Assembly (NCBI GenBank): GCA_951406725.2
Contig: OX597828.1
Span: 11,656,001-11,720,000 of the forward strand
Reading direction: 5' to 3'
DNA from: Octopus vulgaris
Taxonomy: Eukaryota
DNA: 64,000 bases
This document shows, piece by piece, positions 51,001 through 64,000 of this stretch (positions within the stretch are counted from its first letter, which is position 1; each line of letters starts with the position of its first letter). The translations under genes and the position numbers were made by a program. The notes below the pieces were generated by a model, which was not told where the DNA came from, ran no database searches, and was given only the letters and a program-made list of their open reading frames with translations.

Positions 51001-51406
51001 ATATACTTTAAAAACCCCACAGCGTATTAACACAAACATTTAAAATCGCCATACTTAATTTAAAAACAAAAACAAAACACAAACCCATAGTAAGCTAAAA
51101 ATAAAAAAAACCTATACTTATACACTTGATAATAAATCTCCCCACAGTCGATCAAACACCCCCCTCCCACACACACACGCGTTTGTTAAAAGCGAGGCCT
51201 AGAAAATGCACTTTGTTAAGTCAGTAGATGCTTCAGGAATTGATTAGCAACGAGGAATATCTCTCATGAATACATAAACATTTACAATTCTGGAGAGGTC
51301 GACTTTGCCATTCATCATTTCGGGGTCTTTAAGAGAAGCTGAACTGCGGGGTCGATTTTAATCGACTTAGCCCCTCCCCTAAACCTGCTGGCCTTTGTGC
51401 AGAAAC

Positions 51407-52200
51407 ACGAGGGGGTATCCAAAAGAAACAGGAGTTTTGCTATATTATTTTATTCGCTTAGTTTTACATAATTACACTTTTATCGCCTTCAAAGTATTCT
51501 CCATTTGAAGCAATGCATCGGTCCAGATGCGTTTTCCACTGTTCGAAACTGTCCTGGAACTCTTGAGAAGTGATACCTATTTCTTTATTACCCACAAGGG
51601 GCTAAAGACAGAGGGGACAAACAAGGACAGACATAGGTATTAAGTCGATTACATCGACCCGAGTGCGTAACTGGTACTTAATTTATCGACCCCGAAAGGA
51701 TGAAAGGCAAAGTCGACCTCGGCGGAATTTGAACTCAGAACGTAACGACAGACGAAATACGGCTACGCATTTCGCCCGGCGTGCTAACGTTTCTGCCAGC
51801 TCGCCGCCTGAGAAGTGATACCCTTTAACGCCTCCTTCATTTTTTTCTTCTCTTCTTCCACGTCTGCAAATTCCGCAGCACTCGCTTTCGTCACCAGGGA
51901 TGACCTTCGAAAAATGGTCCGGATCAACTTCCAACTGTTCTTTCAGTTTACGATACACATTTAGTCATGTCTGCTTTTGCTCTTCCGTGAGCAAGCGAGG
52001 CCCAAATTTTGCTGCAGCTCTTTTCATTCTCAGTTCCTTGTTCGAAATTCGTTGGCAGGAGCTCAAAGATACACTAGTCTGCAAACTCGTCAACTCTTCG
52101 GCGACGGTACTCCAAGATCAGTTCATGAATTTCCGTGATGTTTTCACTTGTTCGGAAGGTCAGCGGATGTCCGGAACGAGGCTGATCTTCAATCGAGGAG
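51407..52200 (-). mobile_element. Internally deleted mariner relic of a second subfamily, split by SINE B
   Basis: Minus strand EDQPRSG, MKRAAAKFGPRLLTEEQK, KVIPGDES, then EQWKTHLDRCIASNGEYFEGDK; terminus cgagggggtatccaaaag at ~51408. Confidence 0.78.
51578..51808 (-). mobile_element. SINE family B with perfect 14 bp TSD TGAGAAGTGATACC
   Basis: TSD at 51564-51577 and 51809-51822. Confidence 0.94.
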
Positions 52201-52257
52201 TGACCATTCCTGAAGGGTGAAAACCAATGAAAAAATACTTATTAACACCAATTTTCT

Positions 52258-52357
<100 letters not shown>

Positions 52358-52796
52358 TCTATGCATCCATCCCATCCGTCCGTCCGCCTGTCTTTCTGTC
52401 TGTCTATCTATATATCTATCTATCTGTGTATATATATGTATATATAGGTATATATATGTATATATATATATGCTATTTATATATATTATATTCATATATA
52501 TATATATATATATATATTTATATTGTAATATATTAGTTGTAATCAAGTACAACACCATTTAGTAGCACACAAGTGATGTGCATTATGATGTTTCCCAAAT
52601 TAATTATCAGAATATAGGTGTTCATTATCTATGTTAATGCGTCTCTGTAACATCATTTCTATGTTGCACACGATATGACTAATGAATTTTTATCAATACT
52701 TCATCATTAATACTAACCGCGTCTCATGGGGTAAGCCTCCATTTTCCTTAATCAGCAACGGCTGATTTTGTCTTAGCATGCGTTTTCGATTGAATA

Positions 52797-54063
52797 TCAG
52801 GCTGTGTTAAAAGTAAGCAACGTTTTGAAGTATGAAATTCATCACAATATATTTCAACAATGCAGAAATTTTATTCATTGAAGTGCCATTACAGTCAATT
52901 CTTTTGCCAACGAGTTACAAGTTTGTTTATTCTGGTTACATAAAAATCTGGAGTTATGGAGCTGATGATCTCTCTGAGCGCACTTTCAGCATCGGTTTGA
53001 TTTTTGAAGTCCTTCTCTCGCAGAAAGCCATCAAGGTGCTTGAGAAAGTGGAATTCGGTAGGAGAAAGGTCTGTGGAATAAGCTGGGTGGGGAAGAAATT
53101 CGTAGCCAAGTTCCCTCAACTTCTAGGGCGTTATTAGCGAGACGTGTGGTCGAACATTGTCATGAATAATGATTGGCCCTCTTCAGTTGACCAGTCTGGG
53201 ACAGAGCAGTAGCAGTTTTTCGTTCATTTTGGCAATTTCATGGCAATATGTTTCTGCAGTAATGGTTTTTCCAGGTTTTAAATGTTATAGTGATTGAGTC
53301 CAACAGTGCACCAACAAACAGTCACCATAACCTTCTTTTTGAAAAGTTCGGGTTTAGGGAAGGATTTCGGTGCTTTATTTCGGTGCGAAGAACGTTTTTT
53401 ATTATTGTACGTATCCACTTTTCATCGCAAGTTACAATATAGTCGAGAAATGGATCGGTCTGGTTACGGAGAAGCGACGAGCAAATTTCATATCTACGCA
53501 TTTTCTGATTTCCATTCAAATCGTGTGGTACCCATTTGTCTAATCTCTTTTGATTTTCCGATCACATACATATGGTTACAGGCAATATTCTGGCTAACGT
53601 GAAGTTCTTTTGCCAGTTCTCGAGTGGTTTTACGTGGATCTTTCTCAATGACGGTCTTTAATTCACCGTCATCGATGACAGATGGGCGTCCACTACGCTC
53701 ACGATCTTCAAGGCTCAGGTCTCCACTGCGAAATCGTTTAAACCATTTTCGAGCTGACCACTCACTGGTCTTTTCCTCAGCAAACATTCCGTTGATATCG
53801 CGAGCAATTTCTGCTGCTTTACGTCCTTTTTTTAAAGTTGAATAGCAAAATTGTTCAAATATCGTGCTTTGACAGTTCCATTTCAGATGATTGTGACAAC
53901 GGTGAAAAAAATATCAATGATAATTTATTGATGCATTTGGGCAATTCTATGTCTGTAGTATCAGACAATTGCAAAAAATATTTTAAATGAAATTCAAAAC
54001 TCTGCAAAAATTAGGTACAAATTCTTCAAGGTTCAAAACGTTGCTTACTTTTTCTCAGCCTGA
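52797..54063 (-). mobile_element. Full-length (1267 bp) defective mariner
   Basis: TA|TCAGGCTG..AAAAGTAAGCAACGTTTTGAA / TTCAAAACGTTGCTTACTTTT..CAGCCTGA|TA. Confidence 0.93.
52872..53881 (-). pseudogene. mariner transposase pseudogene
   Basis: WFKRFRSGDLSLEDRERSGRP, IVTCDEKWI and LPHPAYSTDLSPTEFHFLK lie in different frames; premature stop near the start. Confidence 0.9.
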
Positions 54064-54671
54064 TACTTTGGTATTCACGAAACTCAATAAAGTTGAAATT
54101 CCTATTTAGGAATACTGTCACTGTTGCTAAACGATTTTCGTCTTCTACCAATATATGTCATTTCTTTTTATTTTGACACTATTCATTTATAAGTGATGCT
54201 TCTTACACTGAGGCTAAACGGAGGAATCCTAGATCAACGGTCAGGAGCACCAAACTCTACCAAGGGTAACTTCAACGCGTCCGTAGGGGTCGCGTCCATG
54301 GTTGTGTAATCAGCTAATGAAAGATTCCTCATGACACAAGCTCCCAATTCAAATTCATAAAAATGGAATTAGATTGCAACAGTGAGTCGTAGAAATCCGC
54401 GAAAAGAGCGAAAAAAAAATCTGCTTCACATATGATACACAGATTGCTATCAGCCACTATATTGATATACAACGTTAGCGACAGCAGATGAAAATTAGAA
54501 AAAAAAAATGTGTTTACGACTAGCTCTCAAGTGGGGCTCAATCAAATTCATATCATTCCATATTTGGTCTAGAAGAAAGGGTTATAGCTACTGCCTGCCC
54601 AAACTTTTTAACTGAGACGATGAAATTGATGCCACTGTATTAGTAAGTATAGCCAATATACTTATAAGAAT

Positions 54672-54773
<102 letters not shown>

Positions 54774-54878
54774 TCCCACTGAGTGGCACCTTGGGCAAGT
54801 GTCTTCTACTATTGCTTCGGGCCGACCAAAGCCTTGTGAGTGGTTTTGGTAGACGGAAACTGAAAGAAGCCCGTCGTA

Positions 54879-54925
<47 letters not shown>

Positions 54926-55766
54926 TTATACATATATATATATATATATATATATTTCTGCATGTGTATGTATATACATATACATACAGACACATACACA
55001 TGTTAATGCACAAATTACACATTCTACGCTTGTTATTCAAGTGAGCGAGATATTGGTCAGAATGGACTCATAGTATGAGCGATGCTAAAGGATTTTCTGA
55101 AAAATAGCTCTTCAACTTCAACATCCAGAATAGGTTAATCAAAGTTCCTAACGACACAAGAACTTTGTTTTGAGCTATAAATATGGAGACAAAAAAGAAA
55201 AGAAAATAACAACAAATATATTCGTTTATATGAAAGATACTAACAAACTTCAATCAATAACCTGCATGGAGATTGTTAATCGTGATAGATGTGTAAAATG
55301 TCAGAACTAAAACCAACCAATCAGAACAGTATTTAAATTTTCCTCTGCGAAAGCACAACAAAAATAAATTTATGTAACAAAACAGACACTGATCAATAGT
55401 AGATGTATAAACAAATTATTAGACCGGGCTAGAAAGTAATAATATAATAGAAATAAATTCAACACAATCAATAATACAACAGACAGAATATCTTTTATAA
55501 ACAAACACACCGCATATAGAATGTGTAACATAAATAAAACGAACCATTGCAACAGAAGAAAGATAAATACGTTACGTAAAAACCTCATAAATCTGATTAT
55601 GAAAATTTGAAGAGATAGCTTCTGTGTGGTCCTACGACAGCTAGAAATAGCAATAAAAATTCCCTTAAATCTGCAGTATTAGCTTTAAGAAAAGGAAAGG
55701 TCTCAGTAGGTAATCTAGTTCACTGAAAAAATCAAGACGGTGATGTCAGAATGCTATTGATAATGA

Positions 55767-56080
55767 GACCCCCCCTCCTCGGTCACGACACTGACTATGG
55801 GATTCTACCTAGAAAGTTACCCTCCGAGGTACAAGTCCGGGCAAGGATGTTTATGGAAGACCAGCAGTCGTCCATGCATACCGACCTCCCCTCTCCACGC
55901 CACCAGTGTTATCTAAGGGAAAGGCAAAGGGGCCGATACAGCTTGGCACCAGTGACGTCGCAACTCATTTCTACAGCTAAGTGAACTGGAGCAACGTGAA
56001 CTAAAGTGTCTTGCTCAAGAACACAACACACAGCCCGGTCCGGGATTCGAGCTCTAACCACTGAGCCATGCGCCTTCACA
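55767..56080 (-). mobile_element. SINE family C
   Basis: Colinear with 15522-15858. Confidence 0.85.
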
Positions 56081-56469
56081 TTGATAATAGGGCTGTTCAA
56101 TCAGAGCTACCATGGGGAGAAACAACACTAATAGCAACAAAAAAAAACAACAAACCATCGTAAATTGGATTCGACGCGAGTGAAGCTCAACGTGGCCTTT
56201 TGACTCGCCAGAGCTAGTATCCAAAATTCATCGGTTCAAAACAACTTAAATTAAAAAGGATACACTAGATAATGCAGTCTATGATGTACAAAAATGTGGT
56301 ATGACCATGGTAGGAACATCTATGGTCATAAATCTTTTGAATCAGAAGTGACTTAGATTTAAATAACAACAACAGCAACAACTAAATTCACTATCTTAAG
56401 TTATTGCGCTATTTCGTATATTCATTCGCTAAAATCGTCTGCGATGTCGGTCTAAAAAGAAATCGGCCA

Positions 56470-56850
56470 CTCTTTTCTTTGTTCAGTCATTTGACTGCGG
56501 CCATGCTGGAGCACCGCCTTTGGTCGAGCAAATTGACCCCAGGACTTATTCTTTGTAAGCCTGGTACTTGTTCTATCAGTCTCTTTTGCCGAACTGCTAG
56601 ATTATGGGGGACGTAAATACAACAGCATCGGTTGTCAAGAGATGTTGGGGGAGGACAAACATAGACACACAAACACGCACACATATACGACGGGCTTCTT
56701 TCAGTTTCCGTCTACCAAATCCACTCATAAGGCTTCGGTCGGCCCGAGGCTATAGTAGAAGACAATTGTCCAAGGTGCCACGCAGTGGGACTGAACCCAG
56801 AACTATGTGCTTGGTAAGCATGCTACTTATCACACAGCCACTCCTGCGCC
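56470..56850 (-). mobile_element. SINE family A
   Basis: Reverse complement of the consensus. Confidence 0.9.
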
Positions 56851-57074
56851 ACTATCTATAATTAAAAAAGACTTATCTTTCAGAATATTCTCCTCACCGC
56901 CTCACTATTGATATACCGCTCTAATCCATTTTTGTTTTTTCCCAGTTTGTCAATGGATCCTAGAACATGATTTCAGAGCAAGTATATGATTCTCATAGAG
57001 AATTTTCTTTGATTTCTTCCTGTCGTCTGGAATAGCAATGGACGATGCCCTTCCAAGCCAAAAAGTTGATCGAC

Positions 57075-57458
57075 ATACTCTTTTACTCTTTTACTTGTTT
57101 CAGTCATTTGACTGCGGCCATGCTGGAGCACCAACTTTTAATCGAGCAACTCGACCCCGGGACTTATTCTTTGTAAGCCTAGTACTTATTCTATCGGTCT
57201 CTTTTGCCGAACTGCTAAGTGACGGGGACATAAGCACACCAGCATCGGTTGTCAAGCAATGCTAGGGGGACAAACACAGACACACAAACATACACGCACC
57301 TACATATATATATATATACATATATACGACGGATTTCTTTCAGTTTCTGCCTACCAAATCTATTCACAAGGTTTTGGTCGGCCCGAGGCTATAGTAGAAG
57401 AACCCAGAACCATGTGGTTGGTAAGCAAGCTACTTACCACACAGTCACTCCTGCGCCT
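57075..57458 (-). mobile_element. SINE family A with an internal deletion
   Basis: Reverse complement of the consensus; lacks the caccttgggcaag segment. Confidence 0.88.
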
Positions 57459-57619
57459 ATATAAACATTATATTTAAGCAAATTTTATGTGTTTTATATT
57501 ATATTATATTATTTATTTATTTATTCGTTTATTGGTTCGAGCAAATTTTTTCCAGTCCAATGTGACTATCTTTTTTCTTTCAACATTATAGTCTTATATT
57601 CATATTTTTATATGTCCCC

Positions 57620-58075
57620 CCCCGCCCTGTTATAACACTGCAGAGAATGTTTATCACAATCCGATTGATGAGACAACATTTGTCTGACTGTTTCTTTGTT
57701 CTTTGGTTTATGTGTCAGCATACACAACAGAAATTTTGCGTTGACACGATGCATTTTCAACGAACCTTTACAATATCCCAAATCTTCAGATTCTTCCGAT
57801 GCGGTTGAGCACCGGTTGTCAAAGATCACACCTCGCACGATCACAGCACGTATTTTGAGGAAAATTATCCTTCCGAGTTGTGGATTTTCATTCATACTTT
57901 ACATCCTCTTCGGTCGATATTCTTCGCGAGTTGAAATACTGGTACTACATGTGACTTTGCGTACGACTTAAAAAAAACTCATCAGTATATTCTTGTTATA
58001 ACATCAGGGAAGTCTCTGAAAATTTTTTGCCAATCTAAAATAGAACTTCACGCAAACAAGTCGCTCTTCCAAACT
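57620..58075 (-). mobile_element. Highly decayed mariner N-terminal fragment
   Basis: Minus-strand remnants IGKNFSET, SRTQSH and LKMHRVNAKFLLCMLT (cf. mariner MRRVSAKFVPRLLT). Confidence 0.55.
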
Positions 58076-58324
58076 TTTCCTTATTCAGTTTGCTACAAGT
58101 CTCAATCTACACTAAGTATACCTTCACTTAGACTCATGCAGTTAGTGACTAACAGACATAGTGTATTGTTGTTATTATCAAGCTCTGTATCAGCATCACC
58201 CGTACACGGCACTATTATCACAAACACGCCGAGCCAGTTGAATGTATTGCTATTTTAGTTTTCCGTTTCTTTTAACGATAGACAATCATATATTCTCAAC
58301 TCTGGCCGTAACAGTGAGACTGTG

Positions 58325-58362
58325 TAGAGCTGACGAGGTCCAATAACAGCGAAACATGTCTA
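58325..58362 (+). ncRNA. Decayed minimal hammerhead motif with canonical core
   Basis: uagag-CUGACGA-GGUC-caauaa-cagC-GAAA-CAUG-UC; palindromic ACAUGU stem III and GUC triplet; stems I and II damaged. Confidence 0.45.
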
Positions 58363-58584
58363 AAATTATTGCGTACTGCCAATAATCAGGTGCACCCTGC
58401 ACTGCATTCTATACCAAGTAGGTTTAATTCCAGGATTGTTGCTCTTGCTGTTATGACTAGGATTTGCTCCTCTTCACAATGCTTGAAATTTTAATTAAAT
58501 AATATTCCTTGTTTCACTACATTACTATTTGATTTTGAAGCAGCAAGTGGCCAGTGAATATCTTCTACATTCATATATATATAC

Positions 58585-58694
<110 letters not shown>

Positions 58695-59533
58695 GCACGG
58701 GCGCACAGGCACGCGTGCGCGCACACACATATCTGCGTTTGTATGCATCTGATTGCGTTCGCATTGTACATTTTTGAATTTGAAGAATAATCTTGTTTTA
58801 ATTAATTTTGCTCGTACCGTTGCCACCCAGTTGCCTCTCTATTGATTGTTTTTACATTCACCACTCGTCCGATGTTATTAGAATCATTGCCACAAGATGA
58901 TCAATTTAGACACTTAAGAGTTCATTACGCTACTGTTTGGCGATAATTACAGAATAAAATTTCCCCTAACATTGCTTTATATTCGTTTGTGAATAAATAT
59001 AACCTCGTCTTGTTTTGTCAGTATCTCCACTATAAAGATATTGAAATATACAATTTCGTTTGTAGAACCAAAGTAAATATATTCGCACTTCAATATCACA
59101 AGATATTTACAGAGCAAATTATTATCTTTTGCTAATATTTCCGCCGAATGTTTGGACAGATAGATTCAATATTTTTCTTATTAATTAATTAATTATATTT
59201 ATTTGCTTATAAGACTTGCACTGTTAATAGGTTTCTAATATTTAATGAACACATAGACAATACAGATTCAAACAAATACGAAAGGCTGAATAAATTTGAT
59301 GAAAATGGTTTATATAACTAATTAACACAGAATAAAAGAATTTGTTCTCTGCTCGCTAGAATGAGTAATTTTCTTCAGTACTAATTGGACAACAACAAGT
59401 TCGTCAGCCAAAATATAGTTATTTCAAAAGAAGCTTCGATTTTGACATAAAGTGCTGCACAAAATAAGATCATATATTTTGAAACACAAATAAAATTGCA
59501 TATATGCGCTCACTGTAATGTATTCCTGTATGT

Positions 59534-59574
<41 letters not shown>

Positions 59575-59898
59575 GTGGGATCGAACCCGGAGACAAACTT
59601 CTTACAACGCAGTCACGCTTGCGACTGTCATAGAAAAACATCATTTCATATGTCTTTTTCTATTTAACACGATACAAAATGAAAAAGTGAACTGCTATTT
59701 TTGTGGGAGAAAGGAAAAAGTTCAAACTTTCCTGTGGTTTAGTCATTGTTAGTGGGATCGAACCCGGAGACAAACTTCTTACAACGCAGTCACGCTTGCG
59801 ACTGTCATAGAAAAACATCATTTCATATGTCTTTTTCTATTTAACACGATACAAAATGAAAAAGTGAACTGCTATTTTGTGGGAGAAAGGAAAAAGTT
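59575..59898. repeat. ~148 bp direct repeat pair (59575-59722, 59752-59898) with a 29 bp spacer
   Basis: gtgggatcgaacccggagac...gggagaaaggaaaaagtt twice, one 1-bp indel. Confidence 0.93.
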
Positions 59899-59899
59899 A

Positions 59900-60138
59900 T
59901 ACACACAAAAGCATACACACACACACACACATATATATATATACATATATATATATTTATACATATGCATATATACGACGGGCTTCTTTCAGTTTCCGTC
60001 AACCAAATCCACTCACAAGGTTTTGGTCGGCCCGAGGCTATAGTAGAAGACACTTGCTCAAGGTGCCACGCAGTGGGGCTGAGCCCGGAACCATGTGGTT
60101 CGTAAGCAAGCTACTTACCACACAGCCACTCCTACGCC
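59900..60138 (-). mobile_element. 5' half of SINE family A
   Basis: cgacgggcttctttcag...cacagccactcctacgcc. Confidence 0.88.
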
Positions 60139-60533
60139 TGTATGTTCAAAGTCGTTTTACCAATGACCCTCGTCCAGCATATCTTTTCAGATATAGTCTA
60201 TCTCGAACAACATAATGTTAATTCATAATTTTTCCTCCTTTAAATTCGATACGGTGGGAATCGATCAAAATTACAAAAATATAACCATAAGAAATTGATA
60301 TATACAGACTTGTTACCAGTTCAAATACGTGAGAGCAATCAAGAAAGCCAAACTCTGTATTTTGTCATGGAGACATATTCTCGCTGTAGACTGATAAGTG
60401 GAAACATGCCGATTAAGCTTAAAGTACTCCCTAACCAGACTGATGAATACATAGATTTCGGAGTAGTTATCATTTCTTCAGCTCTAGAAAGCAAACAGGC
60501 ATGTGGTGCTTGCCTGGTTGATTTAATATATAT

Positions 60534-60616
<83 letters not shown>

Positions 60617-60687
60617 TACGACAGGCTTCTTTCAGTTTCCGTCTACCAAATCCACTCATATATATATATATATATATATTATATATG

Positions 60688-60745
<58 letters not shown>

Positions 60746-60875
60746 TGGATGGTTTGGAGATGATGTACAGGTATTATATATTAGAAGAAATGAGGTAATC
60801 AGAAGATCGAATGGTTTGTATTTACAGATATTTATTTATATATTACATTTTTTATATATATATAATATCATTTAG

Positions 60876-60918
60876 TTCATTAGCGCTTTCTCCCATTCTA
60901 GTGGGGTTTTCAAATGAA
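60876..60918 (-). ncRNA. Minimal hammerhead motif, U3-A8 core (mirror copy)
   Basis: Exact reverse complement of 60985-61027. Confidence 0.6.
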
Positions 60919-60984
60919 AATAAGTTCCTTTGCTGGGGATTTTAATAATTTAAATGATTAAAATCCCCAGCAAAGGAACTTATT

Positions 60985-61027
60985 TTCATTTGAAAACCCC
61001 ACTAGAATGGGAGAAAGCGCTAATGAA
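60985..61027 (+). ncRNA. Minimal hammerhead motif, U3-A8 core variant
   Basis: UUCAU-UUGAAAA-C-CCCA-cuagaa-UGGG-A-GAAA-GCGC-UA-AUGAA: 5 bp stem I, 4 bp stem II, palindromic AGCGCU stem III, CUA triplet. Confidence 0.62.
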
Positions 61028-61168
61028 CTAAATGATATTATATATATATAAAAAATGTAATATATAAATAAATATCTGTAAATACAAACCACCCGATCTT
61101 CTGATTACCTCATTTCTTCTAATATATATATATATACATATATGTATATATGTATATATACACACACA

Positions 61169-61233
<65 letters not shown>

Positions 61234-61349
61234 ATATATATCTTGCACAACAAATATTTAAACGTATATATACATATACATATATATATGTATCACGGTA
61301 ACTACTTGATGAATTCTTATAAAGATTTTATCCTATTTTTAAATTGTTA

Positions 61350-61827
61350 TATAACTGTTGAGGAACTAGCAGAGAAGCTTGGATTTTGTCATTCAACCAG
61401 TCATTCATAGAAGGAAAACGACCATCTTTGGTTTCACGACAAACGGTGTTCTTCCATCAGGATAATGTTCTTGCAACATATAGCTAGAATGACATTCCAA
61501 AGGTTGGAGCAGTTTGAATGGGAAATGATGTCTCACTCACCATTCGTCGGACATTGCCCCATCTGATTATCTTTCATTACGCAGTTTTCAAAATCATTGG
61601 ACGGAAAAAATATGAATTCTGTAGACGAGGCCAGAACAGTACTGGGTGAGTATTTTTCATCACGGACAGGTGAATTTTGGAAGAAGGGCTTTGAAAGTCT
61701 ACCAGATAGATGGAAGGGCATTGTAGAAGATGAAAGAGAGTCTATTTTAGATTAAAAAAGAGCTTTATCTTAATTTTGAAAAATAAAAGAAGTATAGAAA
61801 AGCCGCATAACTTATTGGATGACCCAA
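61350..61827 (+). mobile_element. mariner relic with right TIR
   Basis: ITVEELAEKLG, FFHQDN, EFWKKGFESLPDRWKGIVE; TIR ccgcataacttattggatgacccaa|TA. Confidence 0.82.
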
Positions 61828-62197
61828 TATACACGCACACATAGTGTGTGTGTGTATGTGTGTGTGTGTGTATGTGTGTGTGTATGTGTGTGTGTATGTG
61901 TGTGTGTTTTGTTCTATCAGGCATATGTAACTAGGTAGACGGCTAGCCAGTAGACTTGTGCCTTTTTGGTTTAGAAGGGTGTGGACACATCTCTGATGTC
62001 ACGTGAGTAAGTCTCGTTGCCTCTAGGTTAAAATGGTTAAGCTTGTGCCTTTCAAGGACAAGCATTGTGGTATAAATGATCGGCAGAATTAGCTGCAATA
62101 GAAAAGAAACCGGCAGAAAATATCAGAAAATTTCTATCGAATCTTTATCATAGATAATTATGAATCTTCAAACTTTACCTCTAGGCATGGTACGTGA

Positions 62198-62523
62198 TGT
62201 ACGTATGTATGTATGTATGTATGTATGTATGTATGTATGTATGTATGTATGTATGTATGTATGCATGTATGTATGTATGTATGTATGTATGTATGTATGT
62301 ATGTATGTACGTACGTACGTACGTATGCATGTATGTATGTATGTACGTATGTATGCATGTGTACATGTGTGTATGTATGGATGTATGTATCCATGCATGT
62401 ATGTATTCAGCCATTTAATTATGTACGTGTGTATGTATGTGTGTGTATGTATGCATGAGTGTATGTATGTATTTATGTACGTGTGTATGTATGTGTCTGT
62501 ATGTATGTATGTGTGTGTGTGTA
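62198..62523. repeat. (TATG)n compound microsatellite
   Basis: Direct reading. Confidence 0.95.
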
Positions 62524-62554
62524 TAGCTTAGGATAAGCATAGTAATAACACATA

Positions 62555-62821
62555 TATTCTTTTATTTGTTTCAATCATTTGACTGTGGCCATGCTGGAGC
62601 ACCGCCTTAAGTCGAGCGAATCAATCCCAGGACCTATTTTTGTAAGCTTAGTGCTTATTCTATCATTCTTTTTGCCAAACCGCTAAGTTATTAGGACGTA
62701 AAAACACCAACATCGGTTGTCAAACGATGTTGTGGAGACAAACACAGACACACAAACATACACACACATACATACATACATACATACATACATACATGCA
62801 TACATACATACATACATACAT

Positions 62822-62869
<48 letters not shown>

Positions 62870-62970
62870 GCATTAGAAGATACTTACCTAAGGTGCCACG
62901 CAGTGGGACAGAACCCGAAACCATGTGGTTGGTAATGAAGCTACTTACCACACAGACCGTCCTACGCCTG
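62555..62970 (-). mobile_element. SINE family A with an internal deletion
   Basis: Reverse complement of the consensus. Confidence 0.85.
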
Positions 62971-62976
62971 AATATG

Positions 62977-63056
<80 letters not shown>

Positions 63057-63147
63057 GGAGGAGAATTCACAAAAATGCAAAAGACGAAGACAGGTGGTGT
63101 AGATAACAAGCAGCTGTATTAGTATAACGCTCGGGAAGTGTAAAAGT

Positions 63148-63184
63148 CTTTAAACGTTTCAAGCCTTCGTTCTTCCACAGAAAG
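63148..63184 (-). ncRNA. Hammerhead-like motif (CUGUGGA core) in a ~180 bp element (63056-63237), same family as 16431-16598
   Basis: CUUU-CUGUGGA-A-GAAC-gaag-GCUU-GAAA-CG-UU-u-AAAG; stem II mismatched. Confidence 0.4.
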
Positions 63185-63388
63185 GAACACAGAAGAAAAC
63201 AAGGAGAGAAAATACAGAATGTGTAGCGGCTAGCGATACACACACACACATACATACATACATACATACATACATACGTACGTACATACATACATACATA
63301 CATACATACATACATACATACATACATACGTACATACATGCATGCATATATAGACATAACATATATATATACACATATAAGGTTATAA

Positions 63389-63617
63389 GGCGGCGAGCTG
63401 GCAGAAACGGTAGCACGCCGGGCGAAATGCGTAGCCGTATTTCGTCTGCTGTTACGTTCTGAGTTCAAATTCTGCCGAGGTCGACTTTGCCTTTCATCCT
63501 TTCGGGGTCGATAAATGAAATACCAGTTACGCACTGGGGTCGATGGAATCGACTTAATCGCTTTGTCTGTCCTTGTTTGTCCCCTCTGTGTTTAGCCCCT
63601 TGTGGGTAGTAAAGAAA
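63389..63617 (+). mobile_element. Full monomeric SINE family B
   Basis: ggcggcgagctggcagaaacg...gcctttcatcctttcggggtcgataaatg...gggtagtaaagaaat. Confidence 0.92.
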
Positions 63618-64000
63618 TATATATATATACACATATTGTATCCATCCGCCAAATTCACTCAGAAGAAATTGGTCTGCCAAGGGGTTTATACTAGAAGGCC
63701 TTACACAGGGGTGCTCGCATTCAGTTTGAAACCAGAACCGCGTGGTTCCAAAGTGAGCTTTTTAACCAGCCAGCCATGCCTGCACCTAAAAGTTATTTGC
63801 GTGTATTTGCAAGTATGTGTCTGAGGGTATGTGTGTGCGTGTGTCTGTGCCTCTGCGTGTGTCTGTGCCTCTGCGTGTTTGTATGTGTACGAGTGTGTCT
63901 GTGCGGGTGTGCTTACGTCTGTGTGTGTCTGTGTTTGTGAGTTTGTGTGTGTGTGTGTGTCTGAGGGCGCGTATGTGTCTGTGTATGTGTGTGTGTATAT

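Larger units (their letters stand above)
60775..61128. repeat. Near-perfect ~350 bp palindrome centred at 60951/60952
   Basis: Arms are reverse complements with about 3 mismatches and essentially no spacer; (TA)n nearby on both sides. Confidence 0.95.

Overview
AT-rich, repeat-saturated eukaryotic DNA. The SINE families and microsatellite load look like an octopus (coleoid cephalopod) genome; this is inferred from repeat recognition, not from a search. The only host gene I can support is the 5' end of COG1 on the minus strand: two small exons (5768-5792, 257-341) that splice to MASKKPVQNLPLHEMDTNLMFEKYTIQEIREIEKKNR and are missed by the ORF track. The rest is mobile DNA: a near-intact IR/DR Tc1 element (DD34E ORF), several mariner/pogo relics, a TSD-bounded internally deleted Ty3/Gypsy element, an old fragmented Gypsy, non-autonomous Helitrons, about 30 tRNA-derived SINE copies or fragments from at least four families, and ten GGATC-ended MITE copies or fragments with 8-9 bp TSDs (Merlin-like), most carrying internal TTAGGG repeats. 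The most unusual signal is a set of short microsatellite-embedded, often palindromic elements carrying minimal hammerhead-ribozyme motifs with non-canonical cores (UUGAAAA, CCGACGA, CUGUGGA) and palindromic stem III, as expected for Penelope-derived elements. Almost all short ORFs in the track are microsatellite or SINE artefacts.
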